Positions 9,577 to 19,099 of a stretch of DNA of 64,000 nucleotides are shown piece after piece. The notes under the pieces are model-generated. The model was not told where the DNA came from. It saw only the letters and a program-made list of their open reading frames with translations, and made no database searches. The stretch lies in the NCBI GenBank assembly GCA_965243735.1, contig CBDEVZ010000008.1:3995180-4059179 (forward strand). The letters are read 5' to 3'. The DNA is from an uncultured Candidatus Binatia bacterium (lineage in GTDB: Bacteria > Desulfobacterota > Binatia > Bin18). Position 1 is the stretch's first letter. Each line of letters begins with the position of its first letter. The translations under genes and the position numbers were made by a program.

Positions 9577-9789
9577 ATGAGAAAGTATTTAACAACAGGA
9601 GAGGCTGCTGAATACCTTGGTGTTACACCCTCACGGGTGCGTCAGTATATCGTTGAGGAACGCCTCGAATCTGAGAAATACGGCAGGGACCACATGATTG
9701 AGGAGGATACTCTAGCCGAATTTGCAAGACACGGAAAAAAGAAAAGGGGCCGGCCTAAAAAACAACAGCAAACCTCGCGAATGCGTTGA
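9577..9789 (+). CDS. Excisionase/HTH_17-family helix-turn-helix DNA-binding protein
   Basis: LTTGEAAEYLGVTPSRVRQYI is the classic HTH_17 motif. A basic KKKRGRPKK tail follows. It lies directly upstream of the methyltransferase in the low-GC island. Confidence 0.6.
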   Translation: MRKYLTTGEAAEYLGVTPSRVRQYIVEERLESEKYGRDHMIEEDTLAEFARHGKKKRGRPKKQQQTSRMR

Positions 9790-9810
9790 GAGCATTCCAA
9801 GCTGAAAAAA

Positions 9811-10698
9811 ATGACGACAGTCCTTCAAACAACCGCCGAGACCAATATAGCCCTCCCAACTCGCCAGCATCCGGTCATGACGCTGCATGGGGATGCACGT
9901 GACCTGATTCGACAGTTCCCGGATGACACGTTTCAATGCGTCGTTACGTCGCCGCCGTATTGGGGTGTCAGAGACTATGGCATTGAGGAGCAGATTGGTG
10001 CTGAGCCAGACTTATCCCACTATATTGAGCATCTTGTCGACGTCTTTCGTGAAGTCCGCAGGGTACTGAAGCCTGACGGCACGTTTTGGCTCAATATCGG
10101 TAACACCTACTCATCCGGTGGCAGAAAATGGCGAGATACTGATGATAAGAATAAGGGTCGGGCCATGTCGTACCGCCCGCCAACCCCGCCCGGACTGAAG
10201 AAGAAGGACCTGATTGGGGTCGCCTGGCTACTAGCCCTGGAATGCCAAAAAGACGGCTGGTATCTACGGAATGACATTATCTGGCACAAGCCCAACTGCC
10301 AGCCTGAAAGCGTCAAAGACAGATTTACGGTTTCCCACGAATATCTGTTCATGTTTTCAAAATCCGAGCGATACTATTTTGACCAGGAGGCAATTAAGGA
10401 GAATACGACAAATGGTAACGGACGGAAAAACAGGCGGACGGTCTGGTCGATCAATACGGAGCCCTGTCCGGAAGCGCATTTTGCGGTCTTTCCCAGAGCC
10501 TTGATTCGCCCCTGCATTGTTGCTGGCAGTCGGAAAAACGATATTATCCTTGATCCTTTTTATGGGGCCGGCACGGTTGGGATCGTGACAAAAGAACTCG
10601 GGCGGCGGTGTATCGGCATAGAACTGAATCGTGAGTATCTGGACATCGCAGAGCGAAGGGCGGCAATGGTGCAAACGGTCCTCATTCCTGAGGTATAA
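9811..10698 (+). CDS. DNA methyltransferase, beta-class N4-cytosine/N6-adenine (SPPY motif IV, C-terminal FxGxG motif I)
   Basis: TSPPYWGV (motif IV) comes before DPFYGAGTVG (motif I), which is the beta-class order. SPPY favours an N4-cytosine methyltransferase. Confidence 0.9.
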   Translation: MTTVLQTTAETNIALPTRQHPVMTLHGDARDLIRQFPDDTFQCVVTSPPYWGVRDYGIEEQIGAEPDLSHYIEHLVDVFREVRRVLKPDGTFWLNIGNTYSSGGRKWRDTDDKNKGRAMSYRPPTPPGLKKKDLIGVAWLLALECQKDGWYLRNDIIWHKPNCQPESVKDRFTVSHEYLFMFSKSERYYFDQEAIKENTTNGNGRKNRRTVWSINTEPCPEAHFAVFPRALIRPCIVAGSRKNDIILDPFYGAGTVGIVTKELGRRCIGIELNREYLDIAERRAAMVQTVLIPEV

Positions 10699-11449
10699 AA
10701 AATTCCCACTGTGCATGCACTCGACAAGCATCTTTACTCAAGTTCTTGATCTGTAATTTTCTCTCACCTCCACCGTCAAAGTACAGACTGAAAATGATCT
10801 GGCCGTCCTCATTGCGAACATGACAGTAGCCGGGCTTTGGAAACTGTTTGCTGCCTAGTTTCATTTCCAACTGACCGCTATTGGCGAGCCTGAGGATATC
10901 TATCGGGATTTCAACAAGTTCATATTTCCAGCGCGGGGCCTTTCTGACAGCCCGGAGACTCAGTATCTTCTCATAGCGCTCCAGATGGTTGAGAAACTGG
11001 ATACGCAACCCTTCAAGGTCTCTTGGGTCATCGCCCCAATCTCCTCTCCCCAATTCCATGAATTTGCTGATCCATAAGACGTTTTCCTTAATATTTTTAT
11101 CCGCCTGCGTTTTCAGTGATAATTGGACCCCATCAACGTTAGCGTCATGGCCTGGATTGCCTTTTGGGGCGAGTTCCGCCTCATGGCCACTCATTTTCAG
11201 GACATGGACGAGAACGTATTCAAACTTATCTTTACTGAATGGTTCTGACGAGAAACTATGATGAACCCGCAGCGCATCTCCGAAGTTTTGTAGGATGGTT
11301 TCATCGAACAAATCACTCCCATTTAGGATAAATCTGTGATCGGCCGAGAAAACAGAGACCGCACGCTGAATCCAGTGGAGTTGGCCGGCGGTCAATTCTG
11401 GGATTGAGCGTACCAAGGATTCTATAAGCCGTCGTTTATCGTTATTCAT
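10682..11449 (-). CDS. Putative cognate Type II restriction endonuclease (no recognised family)
   Basis: 255-aa ORF convergent with the methyltransferase and overlapping its 3' end by 17 bp. Low-GC composition. No identifiable family. Assignment rests on context only. Confidence 0.4.
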   Translation of the reverse strand: MNNDKRRLIESLVRSIPELTAGQLHWIQRAVSVFSADHRFILNGSDLFDETILQNFGDALRVHHSFSSEPFSKDKFEYVLVHVLKMSGHEAELAPKGNPGHDANVDGVQLSLKTQADKNIKENVLWISKFMELGRGDWGDDPRDLEGLRIQFLNHLERYEKILSLRAVRKAPRWKYELVEIPIDILRLANSGQLEMKLGSKQFPKPGYCHVRNEDGQIIFSLYFDGGGERKLQIKNLSKDACRVHAQWEFFIPQE

Positions 11450-11489
11450 GCTTTTTCAGAGCTACCCATCAGAGAGAATTGGCTCGTGT

Positions 11490-11858
11490 TCACGCCGGGC
11501 CGTTGCGCAGAATCTGCTTGCGTTCTAACTCTTGTACCTGCTCTGGCGCATAGCCCAGCCATTGGGGCAGGATTTCCCTATTATGCTCGCCCAGTGTCGG
11601 GGTTTGCAGCTCGAAGGTCTGAAAGTCACTGACCAGGATGTAGCGCGGGCGACCGCGCTCGGGCAGGACGTCAAAATAGTCCCCGGCTTTCACGCTCCAG
11701 GCAGTAACTGGAACAACCTGGATCACGGGAACTCGCTCGTTGTATGTGTCGTTGGTGACGATGATACAGGGGCGAATCCTGCCCGTCTCCGAACCTTTCG
11801 TCGGATCAAGATTCACATCAATAACCGTCCCTCGCTTCAACGGGCTCACTTTGGCCAC
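11490..11858 (-). CDS. mazF: Type II toxin, MazF/PemK family endoribonuclease
   Basis: RGTVIDVNLDPTKGSETGRIRPCIIVTNDTYNERVPVIQVVPVT matches the PemK/MazF fold signature. Confidence 0.85.
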   Translation of the reverse strand: MAKVSPLKRGTVIDVNLDPTKGSETGRIRPCIIVTNDTYNERVPVIQVVPVTAWSVKAGDYFDVLPERGRPRYILVSDFQTFELQTPTLGEHNREILPQWLGYAPEQVQELERKQILRNGPA

Positions 11859-12079
11859 TCCGCTAGCGCGGATGTCGTCAGCTCCCGAGTTTCTTCGTCT
11901 TCTGTGTAGACCTCTGAGTAGAGGTCCGCAGACTCCCGTAAACGTTGCCGGGCGAATTCTTCACGCAGACGGTCGAGCGCCATCCGAACAACGGTGCTTT
12001 GATCCTTGAATCCATACGAGCGGCATTCATCGAGAAATTGCAGGTGCGATTCTTCGAGGCTGAATTTTGCTTGGACCAT
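11846..12079 (-). CDS. Antitoxin partner of MazF/PemK toxin
   Basis: 77-aa ORF immediately upstream of the toxin, overlapping it by 13 bp. Acidic C-terminus. Confidence 0.6.
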   Translation of the reverse strand: MVQAKFSLEESHLQFLDECRSYGFKDQSTVVRMALDRLREEFARQRLRESADLYSEVYTEDEETRELTTSALAEWPK

Positions 12080-12202
12080 AGTGACCTCCCTCAGAAGTTG
12101 CCCTTGAGAATGTATGCACCCTACTCCTCATTAGGCAGGTGCTCAATCACGGCTGCGGCTTCTGCTACGGCGCCGTTGGCAATGGGGGGCGTAATCGGCG
12201 TT

Positions 12203-15144
12203 TTAGGAGAAGCCGACGCTGACCCCGACGAACCAGTAGCGGCCCAGGGCGTCGTACAGGCCGGGGAAGGTGTTGCCGTTGCCGGCGATGGACGGCCCGG
12301 CCGCATTGCCGGCCAGCGGCGGCGCCTTGTCGAACAGGTTGTTCACGCCGACCCGGATGCTGGTGTAGTCGTTGTAATGCCAGATCGCGGCCAGATCGAA
12401 GTAGTGCCGCGCTCCGAGATCGACCTGGGTGGAGTTGAGGTCTTCGACGCCACTGATGTAGCGCCACATGACGCTCGGCCGCAGGCCCCACGGCGTCAGC
12501 CAGGTGGCGCGCAAATTGTTTCGAATATCCGGGGTCGGAAAGCCGCAGGTCGCCCCCCAGTTGCCATTGCAGTCAACCTTGCGCGCCCCTTCCAGCTCCT
12601 GCTGGTCCCAGGTGGCGGTGATGGACAGGATATCGCTCAGGCGCAGACTCCCCCAGCGGCCGATATCAAGCTCATAGCTGGCGGTCATGTCGTAGCCCTG
12701 CACCTCCTCGATGGCCAGGTTGTCCAGCAGGGATACGATGTGGCCGCTGTTATCGAGGTCGGAGCCCAGCCACAGGTCACCGCTCCGGCCGCGTCGGACC
12801 TTGGCGCACTGCGAGGCGTTGCCGTCCAGACATTCGTTGAGGATGAACTCCGGGGTCAGGGTGCTGATGCCTTTGCTGATCTCGATGGAATAGTAGTCGA
12901 AGCTGAAGTCGAGGCCGTCGAGAAAGCCGGGCGTCCACACCAGTCCGAAAGAGTAGGTGTCGGATTCCTCGGGCGCCAGGCCCGGGTTGCCGCCCTGCAG
13001 AAAGTTGTACTGGGCGGCCGGTGAATTTTCGATGTTGCCGAACTGCGCGGCGGTCACCCCGCTACGGGCGCATTGCTCAAAGCTGCGGCCCTCGGCCGTC
13101 CTGCCGTCGGTGACCGGCCCGGCGCAGGGGTCGGCGTTCATCTCGAACAGGTTGAAGCCCTGCGGCAGAAAGCGCTCCCGCACCTGCGGGCCGCGAATCG
13201 CCCGCTGGAAACTGGCCCGCAGCCTGAGGTCGGGATGGAGCGCCCAGCCGGCGCGGACGCCAAAGGTATGGGTGTGCTCACCGTAGTCGTAGTCGGAATA
13301 GCGATAGCCGCCGTCCAGCCGCAGTTCCTCCGCAAAGCGGACGCCGTCGATCAGCGGAATGCCGGCTTCGAGGAAAAACTCCGTCACGTCGGACCCCCCG
13401 CTGACGGGGTGGCTGGCGCCACCCTGGCCGGCCCCGTCACCGCTGCGGTAGGCCTGGTTGGGAGTGAACTTGAGGTTGTCGTCACGGTATTCGCCGCCCA
13501 GGACAAGGTCCAGCCCGGTGGCGGCAAGCGGCGATCTGAGGCCGTAGCGACCGAGATTGCCGGCGATATAGCCCGACACCACAGTCTGATCGGTAGCCCC
13601 ACGGGCAGACAGGGGCAGGCTCAGGTAGTTGACCATGTCCTGGGTCACCGCACCCTCACGAAAGATGTTCCAGGGGACGCAACCGGGATCGGAACCGTCC
13701 AGCACCGAGCGACACACGACCTGCCCGCTAGCCGGATCTCTGACCGCGTCCAGCGCCCGCCTGATGCGGGTGATCGACAGGTCGTTCAAATACGAGTTCT
13801 GCATGCGAACCTCAGAGTACTGGTAGTACAGGTCGTAACGCCAATTCTCGCTGAGGTCGCCGCGTAGCCCGAATACCCCCCGGTAAGAGGTGTGGCGCAG
13901 GTCGTTTTGCCGGCTGCCGCCTCGACGTTGCGACGACCGATAAAAACGTGCTGGCTGTCATCCCGCGTCAGACCGTAGGCGCCGCACAGGGCGTCAAACT
14001 GTTGCCGGGACAGGAAGGCGTTGCCGCAGTTCAGGGTGTTGGTCACAAAGAAGGCGCCCGAGGGCGCGATCTGGGCTACCGAGCGATTGTCCATGAACAT
14101 GAACTCGGCGTAGGTCTCAACCCGGTCGTGGAGGTCGTAGTGGGCAAACAGGCCGGCGGTCCAGCGTCGGTCGGGACGCTGAAAATAGTTCGACGGCCCG
14201 TAGTTGAACAGGGTCCCTTCGCGGGGCACGAAGCGGTCGCCCTCGACCTTGTAGTCAAAGCTGTCCAGACCCTGACTTCGCAGCACGCCGAAGTCGGCAA
14301 ACGTGCCCTGGGGCTGGGTCGCCGAGCCAGAGCACTCGGAGAGGTCGTTGCTCAGGGCGCACGAACTGTAATCGCGGTCACCCTGGAGCACCGGATCGAT
14401 ATCGCGGTAGGTGCCGTAGACTGTGACGTTGCCGCGGTCCCGGCCCAGGTTGCGGCCCGCGATCAGCGACACATTCGAGATATCACCATCCCATGTTGAA
14501 CCATCGGCGACCTCATAGCCGGCGTCGCGGACAATCCGCTGCCACCGGTCACTGCCGTTGTCGTGCTGGTACTGGCTGAACTGATAGTCGAGCTTGATGC
14601 CCTCAAAGTCGTCGCGCATCAGGAAGTTGACCACCCCGGCGATGGCGTCCGAGCCATAGGTGGCCGAGGAGCCGCCGGTCAGCACCTCAACGCTCTCGAT
14701 CAGCGCGGCCGGGATCTGGTTGATATCGGCGCCGACTCCGCCTTGCAGCGGCGAGCCGGCCGGCAGACGCCGACCGTTGACCAGCACCAGGGTGCGCTCT
14801 GCGCCCAGGTTGCGCAGATTCAGGGTCGCGGTCCCAGTCGCCCCGTTCGACTGGCTGGCGTTCTGGGTGGAGTACAGCTGGGGCAGGTTACGCAGCATGT
14901 CCTCGACCCGGACGGTGCCCAGCAAGGCCAGGTCTTCAGCCTCAACCTGGATGACCGGGCTGGAGCTGAACAGGTTGGTCTGCTGAATGCGCGAGCCGGT
15001 CACCACGACCGCTTCGAGCTGCTGCGGCTCTTCGCTACCCCGAGCCTCCGGTGGCTCGGCGTCCTGGGCAAGAGCGGTCGCTGCTACAATCAGGAGGAAC
15101 GCCAGCGCAATCCCTGTCCACGTCTTTCTTCTCAGCATGGGCAC
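12203..15144 (-). pseudogene. TonB-dependent outer-membrane receptor, split by an apparent 1-bp deletion near 13911
   Basis: N-terminal ORF 13786-15144 holds the signal peptide and plug domain. C-terminal ORF 12203-13804 holds the barrel and ends ...RYWFVGVSVGFS. Against the intact paralog (GTCGAGAGCGGCAAC), this copy reads GTCGAG-GCGGCAGC. Shifting frame by one base restores GSRQNDLRHTSYRGVFGLRGDL, which matches the paralog's GNRKDYLHHTSYRGVFGLRGEL. Confidence 0.65.
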
Positions 15145-15155
15145 CTCTCAACACG

Positions 15156-15316
15156 TGTGATGCACATTACCCGGACTCGGTTCTTACCAGCCGTGCGGAA
15201 GCCGCTCAGCTGGAGACAACCCACCCCGCCGCTCACGCGCATCCCCTCCTGGGAGGGGAACCGCCCGCATCCCCTCCTGGGAGGGGTGGCCACAGGCCGG
15301 GGTGGGTTTCTTTTCG
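15156..15316. repeat. Intergenic REP/MITE-like element, family 1 (inverted orientation)
   Basis: Bounded by ACGTGTGATGCA and GCATCACACGT. Contains CCCTCCTGGGAGGGG twice. Lies between the two TonB receptor genes. Confidence 0.6.
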
Positions 15317-15344
15317 CATCACACGTTCAACACGGGGCGACGCC

Positions 15345-18300
15345 TCAGGAGAGGGCCACGCTCACCCCGACAAACCAGTAGCGGCCCAGGGCGTCGTACA
15401 GGCCGGGGAAGGTGTTGCCGCCTCGGCCGGACTCGCCAACAATGGGCGGTTCCTTGTCAAACAGGTTGCGGATGCCAACCCGCAGGCTGGCATACTCGGT
15501 GACCTGCCAGACCGCAGAAAAGTCGAAATAGTGGCGGTCATCGACCGGAACCGGGCGGTCCGGGTCGGGGTCAGTGCTGGTGCTGATGTAGCGCCACAGC
15601 AGACTCGGCTGTAAGCCCCAGGGACTCAGCCAGGTGGCGCGCAGGATGTTGCGGATCCTCGGGGTTGGCGTGCCGCACGAGTAGCCCCAGCTGCCGGCGC
15701 AGGCGATCTTGGGAATATCCGCAGTTGCCTTCAGATCGTAGGTCTCAAGATACGACAGCAGATTCCTGAAGTTGAGGCTGCCGTAGCGGCCAAGACTGAG
15801 CACATAGTCGATGGCAAAGTCGTAGCCGCGGACCTCGGCGACGGCCAGGTTCTCCAGCACGGCCTCGACATGGCCGGTCGTCTCGACCCGGTCGGAAGGC
15901 AGCCACAGGTCGCCGCTCGGTCCGCGCCTGACCTTGTCACACTGGGAGAGTTTGCCGTCCAGGCAGCGGTTCAGCACAAGCTCCGGTGACAGGGCGCCGA
16001 CGCCGCCCTTGAGTTCGATGTCGAAGTAATCCACGGACAAGCTCAGGCCGTCGAGAAAACCGGGCGTCCAGGTCAGGCCGACCGAATAGGTGTCCGCGTC
16101 TTCGGGAGCCAAGCCCGGGTTACCTCCGATCAGGAAGTTGTACTGACCGGCCGGCGAGTCGGGAATGTGGCCGAACTGCTCGGCCGTCACCCCGCTGCGG
16201 GCGCACTCCTCAAAGCTGCGGCCGGCTGCGGTTTTGCCGTCAACCACCTCGCCGGCGCACGGGTCGGAGGTCATGTAGATCAGGCCCAGCCGCTGGGGCA
16301 GGAACTGTTCGCGGATACTCGGCGCGCGCACCGCCCGCTGGTAGCTGCCGCGCAGGCTGATGTCGTGGTTGATGGCCCAGCCGACCCGGACGCCGTAGGT
16401 ATCGGTCTGGACGCCGTACCACGAGGAGCGATAACCGCCGTTGACGATCAGCTGGCGGATGAACGGCACGTCCTCGATGAGCGGGATACCGGTCTCAATG
16501 AAAAAGGCCGGCACGTCGAAGCCGCCGCTGAGGGGCTGCGGCGCACCGCCCACGCCGGTGCCGTCCCCGCTCTGGGTGATCCGGTCGGGCCGGTATTTGA
16601 GATTCTCCTCGCGCCACTCGCCGCCCAGGGCGATGTCGATGCCATTGGTGGCAAACGGCGATACCAGGCCGTAGCGGCCGAGATTTCCGGCCAGATAGCC
16701 CGACACCACGGTCTGGTCGGTGGTGCCGCGCGTCCGGCGCGTCTGGGTCAGGTAGTCGGTCATCCGGCTGGTGACCGCGCCGTCTTCAAAGATGTTCCAG
16801 GCCACACAGTCGGGGTCGGTGCCGGTCAGCACCGAGCGGCACACGATGTTGCCGGTCGCCGGGTCGCGAACCGCATCCAGAGCCCGGTTCATCCGGCTGG
16901 TCGACAGGCCGTTGACGAACTTGCTCCAGGCGCGGACCGCCGCGTACTGGTAGTACACATTGTAGCGCCAGCTATCGCCGAGTTCGCCCCGCAGTCCGAA
17001 CACGCCACGGTAGGAGGTGTGATGCAGGTAATCCTTGCGGTTGCCGCTCTCGACGCTGCGCCGGCCGATGTAGACGTTCTGGATATCGTCCTCGGTCAAG
17101 CCGTACTGGCCGCACAGAGCCTGAAACTGCTGCTCGGACAGGAAGGCGTTGCCGCAGCGCAGGTGGCGCTGCCTGAAGAACGAGCCCGAGGGCGCGATCT
17201 GGGCGGTGGTGCGGTCGTCCATGAACATCAGTTCGGTGTAGGCTTCGACGTATTTGTGCAGGTCGTAGTGGGCAAACGCGCCGGCGGTCCAGCGCGTATC
17301 CGGGCGCTGAAAGTGGTTGGGGGGCGCGTAGTTGTAGAAGCGGCCGTCCCAGGGTGCGAACTCACCCCCCTCGACCTGGTAGAAGAACGGCCCGCCCGGG
17401 TCGTGGCCGGGCGCGACCTGACGGGCGCCGAAGTCGGCAAACAGGCCCTTGGGAATCGTGGCCGAACCCACGCACCGATCAAGCTCGGGGGTCAGATCGC
17501 AGCTGCTGTGATCGCGGTCGCCCAGAAACACCTTTCCGCCGTCGCGCCAGGTCGCGTAGGCGGTGATGTTGCCCCGGTCGCCCAGGTTTTTGCCCAGGAT
17601 GACCGACACGTTGGACAGCTCGCCGTCGGCGGTCGCGTCGTCGGCAACCTCATAGCCCTGGTCGGAGATCAGCCGCTTGAGGCGGCGGTTGTCGTTGTCG
17701 TGCTGGTGCTGGCTGAACTGGTAATCGACCTTGATGCCCTCGAAATCGTCGATCAGGATGAAGTTGATCACGCCGGCGACCGCGTCCGAGCCATAGGTCA
17801 CCGAGGAGCCGCCGGTCAGCACGTCGACGCGCTTGAGCAGGGCGCCGGGTATCTGGTTGATGTCCTCGTTGCCGGTCCCGCCCCAGGGTGAGCCGGCCGG
17901 CATGCGACGGCCGTTAATCAGCACCAGGGTGCGCGACGAGCCCAGGTGGCGCAGGTTGAGGGTGGCGATGCCGGTGGCGCCGTTGGCGCTGGAGGCGTCC
18001 TGACCGCCGGTAAACACCGAGGGCAGGGAGCGGACCAGCTCTTCGACCCGAACCGTACCCTGGTGCAGGATTTCGTCGGCGTCAATGCTGACGATCGGGC
18101 CGGTCTCGACCTGATCGACCGTCTGCCGCAGGCGCGTGCCGGTCACGACCAAGGCTTCCAGGGCTTCCAACTGCTGCGGCTCTTGTTCGGCCTCGGCGGC
18201 CTGTTGGTCGGCCTCGGCCTGTTGCGCCTCTTGTTCGGTCTGTTGGCCGGCCTCGGCCGGCGGCGGTTCCGTCTCCGCCTGCTGCGCGCCGGCCGGCACG

Positions 18301-18380
18301 ACACCGGCCAGGGCCAGCGCCACTGCCACAGCCACCAGCCTGGCTCCAGGTATGAGAGCAGCGTTTCTCAACATGGCCAT
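15345..18380 (-). CDS. TonB-dependent outer-membrane receptor (intact), with Q/E/A-rich low-complexity N-terminal extension
   Basis: 1011 aa. Signal peptide, plug motifs (VVTGTRL...) and a C-terminal barrel ending YWFVGVSVALS. An EAQQAEADQQAAEAEQEPQQLEALEA region is encoded by CTCGGCCTGTTG-type repeats at 18180-18260. Confidence 0.9.
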   Translation of the reverse strand: MAMLRNAALIPGARLVAVAVALALAGVVPAGAQQAETEPPPAEAGQQTEQEAQQAEADQQAAEAEQEPQQLEALEALVVTGTRLRQTVDQVETGPIVSIDADEILHQGTVRVEELVRSLPSVFTGGQDASSANGATGIATLNLRHLGSSRTLVLINGRRMPAGSPWGGTGNEDINQIPGALLKRVDVLTGGSSVTYGSDAVAGVINFILIDDFEGIKVDYQFSQHQHDNDNRRLKRLISDQGYEVADDATADGELSNVSVILGKNLGDRGNITAYATWRDGGKVFLGDRDHSSCDLTPELDRCVGSATIPKGLFADFGARQVAPGHDPGGPFFYQVEGGEFAPWDGRFYNYAPPNHFQRPDTRWTAGAFAHYDLHKYVEAYTELMFMDDRTTAQIAPSGSFFRQRHLRCGNAFLSEQQFQALCGQYGLTEDDIQNVYIGRRSVESGNRKDYLHHTSYRGVFGLRGELGDSWRYNVYYQYAAVRAWSKFVNGLSTSRMNRALDAVRDPATGNIVCRSVLTGTDPDCVAWNIFEDGAVTSRMTDYLTQTRRTRGTTDQTVVSGYLAGNLGRYGLVSPFATNGIDIALGGEWREENLKYRPDRITQSGDGTGVGGAPQPLSGGFDVPAFFIETGIPLIEDVPFIRQLIVNGGYRSSWYGVQTDTYGVRVGWAINHDISLRGSYQRAVRAPSIREQFLPQRLGLIYMTSDPCAGEVVDGKTAAGRSFEECARSGVTAEQFGHIPDSPAGQYNFLIGGNPGLAPEDADTYSVGLTWTPGFLDGLSLSVDYFDIELKGGVGALSPELVLNRCLDGKLSQCDKVRRGPSGDLWLPSDRVETTGHVEAVLENLAVAEVRGYDFAIDYVLSLGRYGSLNFRNLLSYLETYDLKATADIPKIACAGSWGYSCGTPTPRIRNILRATWLSPWGLQPSLLWRYISTSTDPDPDRPVPVDDRHYFDFSAVWQVTEYASLRVGIRNLFDKEPPIVGESGRGGNTFPGLYDALGRYWFVGVSVALS

Positions 18381-18507
18381 TTTTTAACCGATTCCAGGCA
18401 GCAGCGGTAGGAGGGGGGTTCAAACCCGCCCTTACAAAGAATTATCATAACATGTGATTAAAGTTCAAGCGTCCGTCGGCAGGCAGGCCGGAGAGCCCTC
18501 ACCCCAA

Positions 18508-18540
18508 CCCCTCTCCCTCACGGGGAGAGGGGCTTTTTTA
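18508..18540 (+). terminator. Rho-independent terminator-like hairpin (CCCCTCTCCC-TCAC-GGGGAGAGGGG followed by TTTTTT), plus strand
   Basis: Perfect 10-bp stem with a T6 tract. No plus-strand CDS lies upstream. This region is the 5' flank of the minus-strand TonB receptor gene. Confidence 0.4.
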
Positions 18541-18850
18541 CCCTCTCCCCGTGAGGGCTGGGGACACGACAGTTTGGCAGAGACAGGGAATCAGGGGGCC
18601 GGGAACCGCCTCTCCCCGCCTGGGAGGGCGGCCATCCTGGCCTGGCTCGTAGGGGCACGGCATGCCGTGCCCCTACACGGATCACCCCGCCCGGCCTTCC
18701 TCCAAACTGTCGTGCCGTGAGGGAGAGGGTGGCCCGCAAGGCCGGGTGAGGGCGCGCACGGACGGCCTGAAGAGAACAATCGGCCCAATATGCATCACAC
18801 GTCCTCGGGGGGGTGACCCGCAGGGCCGGGGTGGGTACGAGCCCGCTGCC

Positions 18851-19036
18851 TCAGTCTGCCTGCGAACGCCGAAGGAGTTCGTTCTGGCTTTGTAGGAGGG
18901 ATTCCAAGGCACGCCCCTGTTGGTCTAACTGTTTGTTACGTAAGTCGGACGCACGGTGCATCTGCCACAAGCCGGCGCCAATCACGAGGAGTTGAGTGTA
19001 ATACGCAATGATGGACAGCCATTCAAAGGTGGTCAT
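18851..19036 (-). CDS. Small hypothetical membrane/coiled-coil protein
   Basis: MTTFEWLSIIAYYTQLLVIGAGLWQ has a TM helix, followed by a Q/L-rich coiled-coil. AGGAG RBS lies 8 nt upstream. Located downstream of the luxR-like gene on the same strand. Confidence 0.35.
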   Translation of the reverse strand: MTTFEWLSIIAYYTQLLVIGAGLWQMHRASDLRNKQLDQQGRALESLLQSQNELLRRSQAD

Positions 19037-19099
19037 TGTTCGTGCTCCTGCGGTGGAGAAAAGTCTAGGCGTCTCTCCTGTCTTTGTCAAAGGAACGGG

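Noticed and set aside
9344-9580. 78-aa plus-strand ORF overlapping the minus-strand hypothetical at 9215-9523
   Set aside because: The minus-strand frame has more protein-like charged composition. Only one of the two can be real and neither has family support. The plus-strand one was dropped.
18180-18260. CTCGGCCTGTTG-type simple repeat
   Set aside because: It lies inside the intact TonB receptor ORF and encodes the Q/E/A-rich N-terminal linker. It is not an intergenic repeat.
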